A DNA stretch of 63,333 bases, counting the filler, from Vannella sp. (Eukaryota), in NCBI GenBank assembly GCA_023345925.1. It is 8 parts of 8 records of this genome, joined end to end, with 100 filler letters (N's around TTAATTAATTAA, not from the genome) between each part and the next. Parts side by side here need not be neighbours in the genome. Positions count along the whole stretch, not along the records: positions 51,348 to 58,747 come from JAJQQN010000429.1; positions 58,848 to 63,333 come from JAJQQN010001394.1; 6 more parts are not named here. The stretch is one strand, 5' to 3'. Shown here one piece after another: positions 53,355-63,333 of the stretch. The notes under the pieces were generated by a model. The model worked only from the letters and a program-made list of their open reading frames with translations, ran no database searches and was not told the origin of the DNA. The first letter of the stretch is position 1; the number at the start of each line of letters is the position of its first letter. The translations under genes and the position numbers were made by a program.

Positions 53355-53439
53355 TATGGATGAAACGGGTTACTTTCGCCCAACACAGTGCACTAAAATT
53401 GGTGGCCATTAAACGAATCGCTCGTTGGTTGGTTCCTCT

Positions 53440-53488
53440 TGGAACACCTCCAGAAGGACTTCTGGAACACCTCCAGAAGGACTTCTGG
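53440..53488. repeat. 23-nt direct tandem duplication upstream of TBP
   Basis: TGGAACACCTCCAGAAGGACTTC twice, followed by TGG. Confidence 0.9.
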
Positions 53489-53574
53489 CTTTGGGAAGAG
53501 GCGGAGAAAGGTTGAATCCCTCATCATGGGATTTAAGGAATGGCAGTTTCCAATTCCCTCATTTTTTGTTCCTC

Positions 53575-54453
53575 ATGTCCTTCCGTCCACGGCTGGATCT
53601 TGGGGGTCCTCCTCCTATTCCAACTTCCATACCAGGGTCGTTGGTGGGCTTACCCTTTGATATGTCTATGTCTCTCCCTGTGGCCCCTCCGACACCACAA
53701 GCAAGCCTATTGCTCGAGTCGATTGCTGAAGACGGAATCGATCGGCAGAAGCATCCTTCTGGCATCATCCCCACTCTACAGTAAGGTTTAAATGTTCTAC
53801 TTACCATGGAAAGCTCATTGGGTGACCACAGGAACATTGTCTCTACTGTCAGCTTGGGGTGCGGTCTAGATCTCAAGACCATTGCCCTCAAGGCTCGAAA
53901 CGCAGAGTACAACCCCAAGGTAAGTTTCTCATTACTCACTTATCAATCCTTACAAAGCCCCTGTAGCGCTTTGCTGCCGTCATCATGCGCATCCGCGAGC
54001 CTCGCACGACCGCTTTAATCTTCGCCTCTGGCAAGATGGTTTGTACAGGAGCCAAGAGCGAAGATGATTCCAAGCTTGCAGCAAGAAAGTACGCTCGAGT
54101 AATCCAAAAGCTTGGATACGAGGTGCGCTTCAGCGAGTTCAAGATCCAAAACATCGTGGGGTCTTGCGATGTTTCATTCCCCATCAAGCTTGAGGATCTG
54201 GGATGCGCACATCAACAGTTCTGTAACGTAAGTAGAAAGGAACTCGCGAACAGCTGTGAGTATACATATTCACTGGGCTCAGTACGAACCTGAGCTGTTC
54301 CCTGGCCTAATCTATCGAATGCAATCTCCCAAGATCGTGCTTTTGATCTTCGTTTCTGGAAAGATCGTCCTCACAGGCGCCAAGCGAAGAGAAGAGATCT
54401 ACAGCGCTTTCGAGTCCATCTTTCCAGTTCTGCAGGAACAAAGGAAGAATTGA
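53575..54453 (+). CDS. TBP: TATA-binding protein, 4 exons
   Basis: [65 protein letters not shown]. Confidence 0.99.
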
Positions 54454-54526
54454 TGACTCTGCGAGTCTCCGTTGTCGTGGGTAATGAAGTGCATCATTGA
54501 AATGAACCATTTCTTCTCATCCCGCC

Positions 54527-55742
54527 ATGAGCCTGGGCAAACGGGTTGTGTTTGATCCAGAAGAAGAGAGGGTTGTCCCTGAGGTTCCTGTTACTAAGAG
54601 GAGACGGCTTATGCCTGATGAGAGAGACAGGGGGCGAACATGGACCATTAGCCTTGCGCTTCCTGGCAGTATTGTTGCCAACTCGCAAACGATCGAGCTA
54701 CGGACGATGCTAGCGGGGCAGATCGCCCGCTGCTTGGCTATCTTCCGTATCGATGAGGTTATTGTCTTTGAAGAGCCCACCAAGAAGGGAACAGACAAAG
54801 CCTTCGATCAGCACCAAGCTCCCCAAGACACTGTGAACCCCTCCCACTTCCTTGCACGTCTACTGCAGTACCAGGAGTGCCCCCAGTAGGTTTTACTTGA
54901 TGATCAGTCCTCTTTTGTTCATATGACCTTCCCCAGGTACCTCCGCAAGTCCTTCTTTCCTGTCCACAAGGACTTAAAGATGGCGGGTTTGCTCCCTCCT
55001 CTTGACGCCCCGCATCACATGCGAAAGGATGAGTGGAACGAGTTCAGGGAGGGTGTAGTCATCCCCAAACACCAGAAGAAGACAAAAGGGTCGTTTATCG
55101 ACGCCGGACTGTTCCAAGTTGGTGACTTGATCCCCAAGTGGAGATTCCTGACTCTTCTCCCCTGTGTAGCATGTCTATGTGGAACGTAAGATAGCACCAG
55201 GGACTAGAGTAACTGTCCAGTTTGAGAACTCAAAGAAGAGTGGCAATCGTAAGGACATTCCCCCGTCGATCTGATCTGACGCGGTCCCAGATTACCAAGG
55301 AACGGTTTGCAGTCCTCACCTGCCTCGAGAGAAGAGCGGCTTGTACTGGGGGTACAACACACGATTAGCTGGGAGTATGTCAGCTGTATTGGAGGAATGT
55401 CCCTTCGAGGGAGGGTACGATGTGAAGATTGGAGCCTCCTTTTCAGACGAAGCGGAGGAACTGGAGCCTGGTGCGAAGCTTCCAACATTCAAGCACATGC
55501 TTGTTGTGTTTGGAGGCATCAATGGGCTGGAAGAGAGCATCGAGAACGATGATAAACTCAGCCAACAGACCCCGGAACAGCTCTTTGACTACTACATCAA
55601 TCCCTCGCCCCACCCAGGATCCCGTTCAATCCGGACTGAGGTGAGCATTCATCAGTCCATTTGGTCCCCTCAGCTCACTCCCACTCGCTAATAGGAAGCC
55701 ATGTTGATCGCACTGTCCATGTTGCGCCCAATGATGCCATGA
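54527..55742 (+). CDS. SPOUT1: SPOUT methyltransferase C9orf114/CENP-32 family, multi-exon
   Basis: TISLALPGSI, GQIAR, LQYQECPQYLRK, AGLLPPLDAPHH, YWGY, VFGG..GLE, GSRSIRTEEA. Confidence 0.94.
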
Positions 55743-55813
55743 GGACGTGGAGAAAGGGTAGACGGGCGCATCAGCTGTGAACTTTGAATACATCGAACTC
55801 TGCCTTCACGACG

Positions 55814-56925
55814 TCAGGTGGAGGGACTCAGAGCTCCTTGTTGGTAAGGTAGTTCCAAAAACACTGCAACCATGTGCACCAAAGCGCCCATATCGTCCAG
55901 TAAGCTTGTCCACGCCGTGCTCGAGAGCCCCGTTGGCACCCAAAGGTGGATGTAATCGACTTGGACCCTGTAAACCAAGGTATGAGTGATGGGGGCAGTC
56001 AAATCGGTCCAACAGACTGGGAAACTGGGTCTGGCGAGTCTTGGCAGAGAAGGGCGTTCAAATAGAAGATGACCTCCTCGTAGTGGCTGCTGAAGACCTC
56101 AATCACTTTCGTGGGGTGACCTGAACGACGTACAAAGCTGGTCATTGCAAAGCTCTCCGAAGAAGCCTCAGAAGAGCCCTCAGCCCTCCAGAACTGATGT
56201 TCCCATCTCCATTGGTTCAGACCCTGTTGGCACTTGTAAGGGTGCTCTTACCCGCCATATCCTCCACTCTCAATAATGGCCATGTTGGACACTGTGACAT
56301 CGTGCACTTGCCAGTCTGTCACAAGAAGGCCTGGAGATGGGAATGACTGCAGATAGGCGTGGAATGAGTCGCTTTGAAGTTGTGTAAGGGTCATACGGTT
56401 GTCATATAGCCTTTCGAAGGCCTTTTGAATGGTTTGCTGTAGCTTTGGAGTGTTCCTCAAGAAGTAGACGGAGCGCTGGCACATCACTCTGGGAGGGCTC
56501 TCTATCGGATACCTCTGAAGCTCTTGTTTTACAGCTTGTGGGATCTGGTTCTCTCCCCAACATCCAATGGCCTTGCGGATGCGAAGGGGACGAGGCCAGT
56601 ATGATCTTCTTTGGGTTTGGATGAACTGGTTGAGGATCGACCTCAAACCTTGACCGCGTAAGGCTGCGGAAGTACGAAGCCCTTCTGTGAAGATTGTCTT
56701 TCCACCATCCAGAAGCGTGTCGCAGTGAAACGCGAGAAGTTCGCCCTCCCCTACCTCCGTCAACGAGAACATCCCGTAACAACGGTGGGTGGACGAAGCA
56801 ACCCAACGTGGGAAGTATTCAACAAGATAGTCGAACTGCACACCCTCCATTATGTACACATCCGCAGAGATGACCCTGATATGCGGCAAATCCCCCGCAT
56901 GCAACACTCGGCAAGTTGTTGTCAT
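55814..56925 (-). CDS. GNAT acetyltransferase, NAT16-like (spliced; 3' exons approximate)
   Basis: DVY...DYL, LLDGGKTIFTEGLRT...RGQG acetyl-CoA motif. Confidence 0.75.
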
Positions 56926-56955
56926 CAAATGGAGTGCTTGCTTGCATGGACTCCT

Positions 56956-58747
56956 TTATTTGCGTTCTGCCAAAGAGATTTGAATCTTCCCTGCTCGGTC
57001 CTTCTCTGTGGGCCTTGCCATTGGCATTGAGGTTGTGGGAGGGTCCTCTTGAAGGGAGGCCTTTGCTTGTGCTGAAGAGGGCTTCCAGAGTTTCAGATGA
57101 ACTCCCTCCGTGAAAGTTGCCACTAAGCTACGATGGGGATGGATTGTGATGCCCGTGGCTTCACGATCGTGAGCCTAAAGCCCAAGTGAGCGACGGGGAC
57201 AATGTCCCTTTCAGTGAGGTCCTTACCTCGGTTGTATCTTTCCAATCTCCTGTATTTGCATTGAAGCTGCAAAGAGCACCCTTCTGCGTGACAGCCAAGA
57301 GCCATGCTCCCTTTGGTCGTGTCAGGCTGCAACGAACAAAGGAATGCGCCTTTGGGTCTGTGAATGTCCTCAACAGCTGCATTCTGAGGGTGAGATGCTG
57401 TTGTCATCTTGCTTAGTACTCACCTTTCCATCTAAGGTGAACAAGCTCATCTCCGCGGAGCGGTTACAAGCAAAGATCTCGTCCCGAGTGGGATGCAAGG
57501 TGATGCAGGTGATAGGGGCATCGTGCAAGGCTCCTGCACCAGGGCGGAAGTTGGAGGTACAGTCACCCCTTGAGACGTTCCAGACTCGGATGGTCCCATC
57601 GCTAGAGCAGGAAGCAGCGTGGACGCTATCATGAGCCCACACGCAGTCATTGACAAAGGAAGTGTGCCCTCGGAGAGTGTTCAACGTCTTTCCAGACTGT
57701 CTGCCGTGGACTCGGACAGTCTCATCTTGTGAACAGGACAGAATCTTAGTCCCGTTCTGCGAGAAACGGAGAGCAATGACGCTCTTCTGGTGAACCTTCA
57801 CAAAGTTGTGAAGGCAGGCTCCAGTGGACAGGTCCCAGACCTTGATGTTGCCTTCTTTGTCACCTGATGCCATCTGGGTGCCATCCAAGGTAAAGTCCAA
57901 GCAAAGGACAGCACTGCGATGGATCATGAAGTCCTCCCCCGCTTGATAGGCCAGCTCCTTGCGAAGTTTACATGTTGAGAAGTTCCAAACCTCGAGGAAG
58001 CCATCCACACTCCCTGTGACAAGGGACTGCCCATCTGGCGTGAATCCCGCGCACGTTGGAAAGGAACCCTTAGCGAACTTGATCTGCCCATGCATACGAG
58101 TGGGGAAGATCTCAGGGTGGACCACGTCAGTGGACATCTCTCGGAAGAGATCGTACTGTTGCCCTTCTGGTAACGCTCCTTTCAACTGTTGGAAGCGGAG
58201 TGCTTGGCTCACGAGGGCTAATAGGCGTCCTGAAGGAGCAGTCTGTAGCTCATCTACAAGCTCCTGCGCGATCTGTGTCCTCCGTTTCTCCTTGGTGAGC
58301 CCGGTGGGGTAGACTGCCTCACGGTCAAACTGCCGCTGCTTGGTGAAGCCCTCTAGCCTGTGAAAGCGTTGTGGATCGATAGAAATCATCTTTGCCAGCA
58401 CGTTGGACACGTCTTGATCACCCCCGGGGGCGGTGTTCGTCGCCTCTGCAAGAATCTGAGCGGCGCTCTCTGGTTCTCTTAGTTCTAGAAGCTCCAATAC
58501 GATCTGTAGGCAAGATGAGAACATCTTCTATCAACAGAGAATGGATGGGACCGACATGCTCATAGAGGTTGGCTAATTTTGAGTAGGGAAGGCGGAGATC
58601 TTGGATGAGCTCCAATACAACATCCCAGGCGCCCGTTCGGACAGCAGTCACCAATCTTGAAGGTTCTTCAAGACTGTTCAAGGCTACTTGCGATTCGACC
58701 TGCCCCAAAGGCGTTAGATGAGAGAAGAAGACTTTCCGACAAACGAA
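56956..58747 (-). CDS. SMU1: Spliceosomal WD40 protein SMU1 (5'-truncated, multi-exon)
   Basis: IVLELLELRE, KEKRR..IAQ, PSGRLLALVSQAL, DLFR, PDGQSLVTGSVDGFLEVWN, RGHTSFVN, LKLWKP. Confidence 0.95.
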
Positions 58748-58847
58748 NNNNNNNNNNNNNNNNNNNNNNNNNNNNNNNNNNNNNNNNNNNNTTAATTAAT
58801 TAANNNNNNNNNNNNNNNNNNNNNNNNNNNNNNNNNNNNNNNNNNNN
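58748..58847. other. Artificial contig linker
   Basis: N44-TTAATTAATTAA-N44. Confidence 0.98.
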
Positions 58848-59542
58848 CTGTCGGTGATGGTCCCCGAGATGAAGACAGGAATGTCATCAGCGCGGGCGCA
58901 GTACGCTTCCTCTTCAAGGACGCTCTCTACTGCATAGAGGGCAGCCTTGGCGTTGAGTGTATCGAAGATCGTCTCCACCAGGAGGATATCCGCACCTCCA
59001 TCAAGAAGACCGCGCGCCTGCTCTGAGTAGGCGTTCACCAGTTGATCAAAGGTAACGTTACGGTAACCAGGATCCTCCACAGAGGGAGAGATCGACGCAG
59101 TGCGGTTGGTAGGGCCCATCGCTCCAGCAACGAGTCGTCGGCGGACTTCCTTGCCTGCAAGGCGGTCTTCCTCCTCTACTTTGAGGCACTCTCGCTTCGC
59201 AAGCTCAGCAGAGACCTTGTTGAGTTGATAAGCAAACGATTCGAGCTGGTAATCAGCCTGAGCGACCCACGTGGCGGAGAACGTGTTGGTCTCGAGGATC
59301 TCCGCGCCAGCCAACAGGTAGTTCCTGTGTACCTCTGCAACGACATGGGGACGAGTGAGGGTGAGCAAGTCGTTGTTGCCCTTCAGATCCTTCGTATGAT
59401 TGACCAGCTCCGGAACGTCTCCGCGAAAGTCCTCTTCCTGCAATCGGTACTTTTGCAACGCCGTTCCCATCGCACCATCGATCACGATGATCCGCTTTGC
59501 CAACGCCTTGTGAAGGTACTCCTTAAGGGACTCCGTGGCCAT
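58848..59542 (-). CDS. MTR: Cobalamin-dependent methionine synthase, 5' part (truncated)
   Basis: DGAMGT, KGNNDLL, ETNTF, GAMGPTNRTASISP, ETIFDTLNAKAA, ISGTITD. Confidence 0.97.
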
Positions 59543-60131
59543 GCCCAGCACCGAAAGAGAGAATACTTCTCTCTCGCATTCCCCATCATAATCATCCACT
59601 TATTGCGTCCTTGACATTCTTTGACTGATGACTTACTCTGGTGACATTTCACAGTCCACTTCTTCAAAGGGCGACACTCAATGGTCAATGGTGAACCATT
59701 TCATAATCGCTTTGTCCGTTCCTGTTGAAAGGGGCCGTTTAGTTTAGGCCGGAACGGAATTGCGAGGATCTCCACTCGTGGATTTTCTCTGCCAATGATT
59801 CTCTGGCGCTTATATCGCCAAGTCTAAAGCTGCCCGGTCGTTCAGAGCTTTAGGATTTGCGAAGTAACAGCGAGAGTATGACTTGATATCCTTGAGGATT
59901 GCCCCTCAAGTTTGTACAATCTCTGATGGCAGGTCATTTTCACTCTCTCAATGGCCATGAAGAGATAAGACACGGGAATGGATTTGCTGATTCCATTTGG
60001 TTGTTTGTGGATGATGAATGAACCAGTTTGAGAATGAGCTTTACTCCCTGAATCAATTGAATGATGTCCTTGTGCTTCAGCTGAGATTCTTAACGCTGAC
60101 GATATTGGTCCCTTGGTAGGTAGAATGGGCT

Positions 60132-61229
60132 TTAGGGAACGTGAGCTTCCATCACGAGTGCATTCAAAATAGAGCGGGCACTCTTCTGCCTACTGCGGGT
60201 TGAATAAGGAAGAGCTGCCTGGACAGTGGATACCACAGGAGAGTTTTGACTTGCTGAGTAGTTTAGTGGAAGGCCAAGCTGTCCATCTAAGTTGGACCCA
60301 AAGACCAGCAGTCCACCCCCCTGAAGAAAGGCCATGGAATGATTCCCTCCCGCTACCAGGGCGCTGATTCCGTTCAACGAAGGGACTTGAGTAGGCTCAG
60401 TCTCATTGCAAGATTCACCCGTCCCCAATTGCCCATCTCCGCCGCCTCCCCAAGTCCACACCCCGCCATTCTCATCCATTGAAAGGGAATGGAGGTATCC
60501 ACACGTGACTTCCACCATGGGAGGAATGTTCTCGATGGGCATCAGTTTTGAACTCATCCGTTCACCACAAGCACGCCCCAGCTGGCCATTGTAGTTGTAT
60601 CCAGACGAGAAGACGCCTCCTTGCGAGTCGACGATAATCACTCCATCTTCGAGGGCAGCCAGGCATCGGAGAGGTCCTTCGGACCATCCTGTCTGGACAA
60701 AGGTGGGCTGGAGAGCACCGTTGGTATGGCCGAGGCCCAGTTGCCCTTGGGAGTTGTTGCCCAACACCCAGAGGCCTTCTTTTGCCTCTACCACGAGAAA
60801 GTTGTGACCGCAAGCCACCTTGATGAGTGGAGGAAGACCTTTCACTTGTTGTGGATCGAAGTTTGCCCAAGAGAGACCCTCCTGGTTCGCCCACACCCAA
60901 AGACCGCCTTCCGTGTCGAGTGCGGCGCTGTGAGAGTTTCCAGCAGCCACCAAAGCAATCAAAGGAAGCTTCAAGACCCGCTGGAAGGTAAGAAAGGAAG
61001 TAAAGGACCGGGAACGACCAGCCTGCCACACACCGCCCTCCGCATCAAGAACGAGGGAGTGTACGTTTCCCCAGTCCACCTGAACCGGCTGTGGACCATT
61101 CCAGGGGACCTTTGCTGGTTGTGACTGTTTGCTTGTGTAGCCGAGACCGAGTTGGCCCTCGTAGTTGCGTCCAAAAGCGCAAAGACCGCCTTCTTGGGAG
61201 AGGAGGAGCGTGTGGTTGCCAAAGGGCAT
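60132..61229 (-). CDS. RCC1-repeat beta-propeller protein, intronless
   Basis: Repeated GxNxxGQLG and VAxGxxHS units. Confidence 0.93.
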   Translation of the reverse strand: MPFGNHTLLLSQEGGLCAFGRNYEGQLGLGYTSKQSQPAKVPWNGPQPVQVDWGNVHSLVLDAEGGVWQAGRSRSFTSFLTFQRVLKLPLIALVAAGNSHSAALDTEGGLWVWANQEGLSWANFDPQQVKGLPPLIKVACGHNFLVVEAKEGLWVLGNNSQGQLGLGHTNGALQPTFVQTGWSEGPLRCLAALEDGVIIVDSQGGVFSSGYNYNGQLGRACGERMSSKLMPIENIPPMVEVTCGYLHSLSMDENGGVWTWGGGGDGQLGTGESCNETEPTQVPSLNGISALVAGGNHSMAFLQGGGLLVFGSNLDGQLGLPLNYSASQNSPVVSTVQAALPYSTRSRQKSARSILNALVMEAHVP

Positions 61230-61256
61230 GGAAGGGAATGAAGGATTCGCTTCGCT

Positions 61257-63100
61257 TCATTGAATAGCTGATGGACGGGAAGTGACGAGAAGGGTGCAGG
61301 AGCGGGAGGACGGGCGCTTGCAGGAGGCGAGATGGGACTTGGCTGAAGGAATCGTTTTCTGTGGAACCTGGCAAACAGGGCACTTGAGAGGCTGCTTGGC
61401 AAGAGCCTCGTAGTGATTCTTGTCAAAATGAATGGATCCTTGTTGCTGGAGAAGGCGGAGAAAGTCATCGGCCAGAACCAAGTATTCTGTTGTGAAGCTG
61501 TTCCAATGCTTCTTGTTGGTGAGGCGGTCCGACTCAAAGTCAGAGGAAATCAGATGAAGATGAAGATGATTCATACTGGGAATGGCGTGGAAGCCAACAA
61601 AGTATTCCCTGAATACGCCATCGCGTTGATCCAATCTATTTGCTTATTAGCGGAGAATAACGCACCTTTTGACTTACTCTTTTGCCACTCGCTCGGCGTG
61701 CTTGATCATGGCACGAAGAAGAGGTACAGACGCTTTGTCAAGTGACTTGTAGCCTTTCATCTCATTCTTAGGCACAATGAGAAGATGTTGTTGTGCCTTT
61801 GGGAACTTGTCGTTGACGATAACCACATCATTGTCATGATAATATACTGCAGGGTGAGACGGGTTCCGAATGTACTCGATAAGGCCATCAGACCAGTGGC
61901 CAGTAAATTGAAAAGGAAGAGATGCACGAGGTGCTTCTGGTGCACTCTTTTCGTCCGCAGGAGGATCTGAACAATCTTGTTTGGCACTATTTTCTTTAGA
62001 GTACTCGATGAAATAACCCAATACGCCCCTGTAGCATTCTTCTAGAAGTTTTCGACCTAGAACATAGTCACCCTGCAAGCATTGTGCCCTCTTTCGGCTC
62101 ATATTCGGACCGTAGGCTTGGAGAATCTATTCAAAAGTTAGAATCTTCTTCTTATCAAAGTTTCAAAAGGGTGGGGGAGCGTACATATTGGACATGCTCC
62201 TGAATAAAGAGCGGATTATCTTCAGGAAGTTCCACTGGGTAGACTCTTCCAGCAACAGCACGAGAGGGATGTTGCTTCCGTGATAAAGTCTGCAACTGTG
62301 GGCCCGCAGCGTCGTGTATCGCTCGGTTAGCGCCAGAACCCTTCGACGAAAGAGTGGAGTTAGCAGCATTCACTATGCAGTCTGCTTTGATCCCATGTGC
62401 ACTGTACATTTTCGTTATATCAGCTACCATTAGGCTAAAGCGACTATCTGAGTGCTTGTCCCTTGCAAATCTTTCTCGAAACTTCCGCAGATGATGAGAA
62501 TCTGTGATGTCCACAAAGTACACCCGCAATGATGGGTCGGGGTGCTCCTTTAGGAACTGTGTGATCTCTTGGAAGGCTACATCAACAGCAATGTCGATGT
62601 CAAACTCAAAGGCGAGAGTGGAGATGGACAGAAGGGCCAAACTGAAGTTCTCTTTGCTCCCTCTGTCTTCTGATTCTCCTTGAAGAGAGGGTGTCGGTTC
62701 CTGAGAAGCACCTTCAATATGAAAGCTAACAGGGAAGTCCCATAGGAAGACGCTCACTCGATCTCCGTCCTGAAGCTCGTAAGTTCGGTTCCTTTCCAGC
62801 TCCTCCTCCACAGAAGCACCCTTCCTCCACAGGTACGACGGGTTCACACCCTCCTAGAACAAAGGTAAGGCCATCACCCAAGATCAAGGTGCAGCGCACT
62901 CTTGTTACCACGATGGACTGGGTTAGGAGTCCACTCGAAGATCCTCGCTGTACCACCACTCGAAGCTGTCCACGACCGCACCGTTTATCAGGCACGTAAA
63001 GTGGAGCACATCTACCAAGCACCACCTCGCCTGGTTCAGTCAGCACCAGTGCCCCACGACAACCCAACGCTGGGTTGCGGAGGACCACCCGCCTCCACAT
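61257..63100 (-). CDS. APTX: Aprataxin-like protein: FHA-like + macro + HIT + zinc finger (multi-exon)
   Basis: VVLGR...GVNP (FHA); ADIT, IVNAAN, GANRAIHDAAG (macro); DKFPKA, GFHAIPSMNHLHLHLIS, KKHWNSF (HIT); LKCPVC...KSHL (zinc finger). Confidence 0.93.
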
Positions 63101-63166
63101 AATGAAAAAGTACATGTATTTACGCATTGATAGGAGATCCTCTCAAGTAGAGAAAGCCTCCTTCAA

Positions 63167-63333
63167 GCTAACAAGATGGGGGAACAACAAATCGAGTCGC
63201 CTGTAGAACTGCTGAAATTGCTTCTCCTTGTCTCCCTGGAACCCTCGATTGATGGTTTGTAGTGTCTTGCTGATGAATTGACCCATGACCTGCTCGATGT
63301 TCGGTGTCAACTGGAGATCGACGCAAATCTTGA
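63167..63333 (-). CDS. 3' end of an unidentified gene (cut by window edge)
   Basis: Open frame ...KICVDLQLTPNIEQVMGQFISKTLQ...LDLLFPPSC*. Confidence 0.4.

Noticed and set aside
53440..53488. CRISPR-like repeat
   Set aside because: Only two adjacent copies with no spacer and no cas genes.
59543..60131. Cobalamin riboswitch upstream of metH
   Set aside because: No recognisable B12-box or conserved core seen, and the context is eukaryotic.

Overview
This is not prokaryotic DNA. It is eight unrelated contigs of an extremely gene-dense microbial eukaryote, joined by seven artificial 100-nt linkers (44 N + TTAATTAATTAA + 44 N). The genetic code is standard and spliceosomal GT-AG introns are mostly about 40-80 nt. 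The lineage cannot be fixed from sequence alone, though the many Rho regulators would fit an amoeboid protist. About 38 protein genes and one tRNA-Arg(CCT) can be supported after manual splicing. Recognisable genes include clathrin heavy chain, TBP, RPS24, VPS29, NUF2, condensin NCAPH, SMU1, KCMF1, NDUFA13, NDUFAF3, PPT1, mitochondrial AspRS, MetH, a urea transporter, SWSAP1 and aprataxin. The most interesting signals are unusual domain fusions, some visible only after splicing: (1) Fis1-type TPR fused to a universal stress protein domain; (2) LRR + F-box + degenerate flavodoxin; (3) a GSTCD-type methyltransferase fused to a bacterial-type TrmA; (4) aprataxin with FHA + macro + HIT + zinc finger. 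Also notable: a perfect inverted pair of CACGTG E-boxes in the promoter of a CACGTG-class bHLH gene, tandem GT7 glycosyltransferases with an altered catalytic motif, an animal-type polypeptide GalNAc-transferase, a PD-(D/E)XK-like nuclease, and intergenic gaps as short as 18-50 bp. All family assignments come from recalled motifs, not database searches, and exon boundaries are manual.
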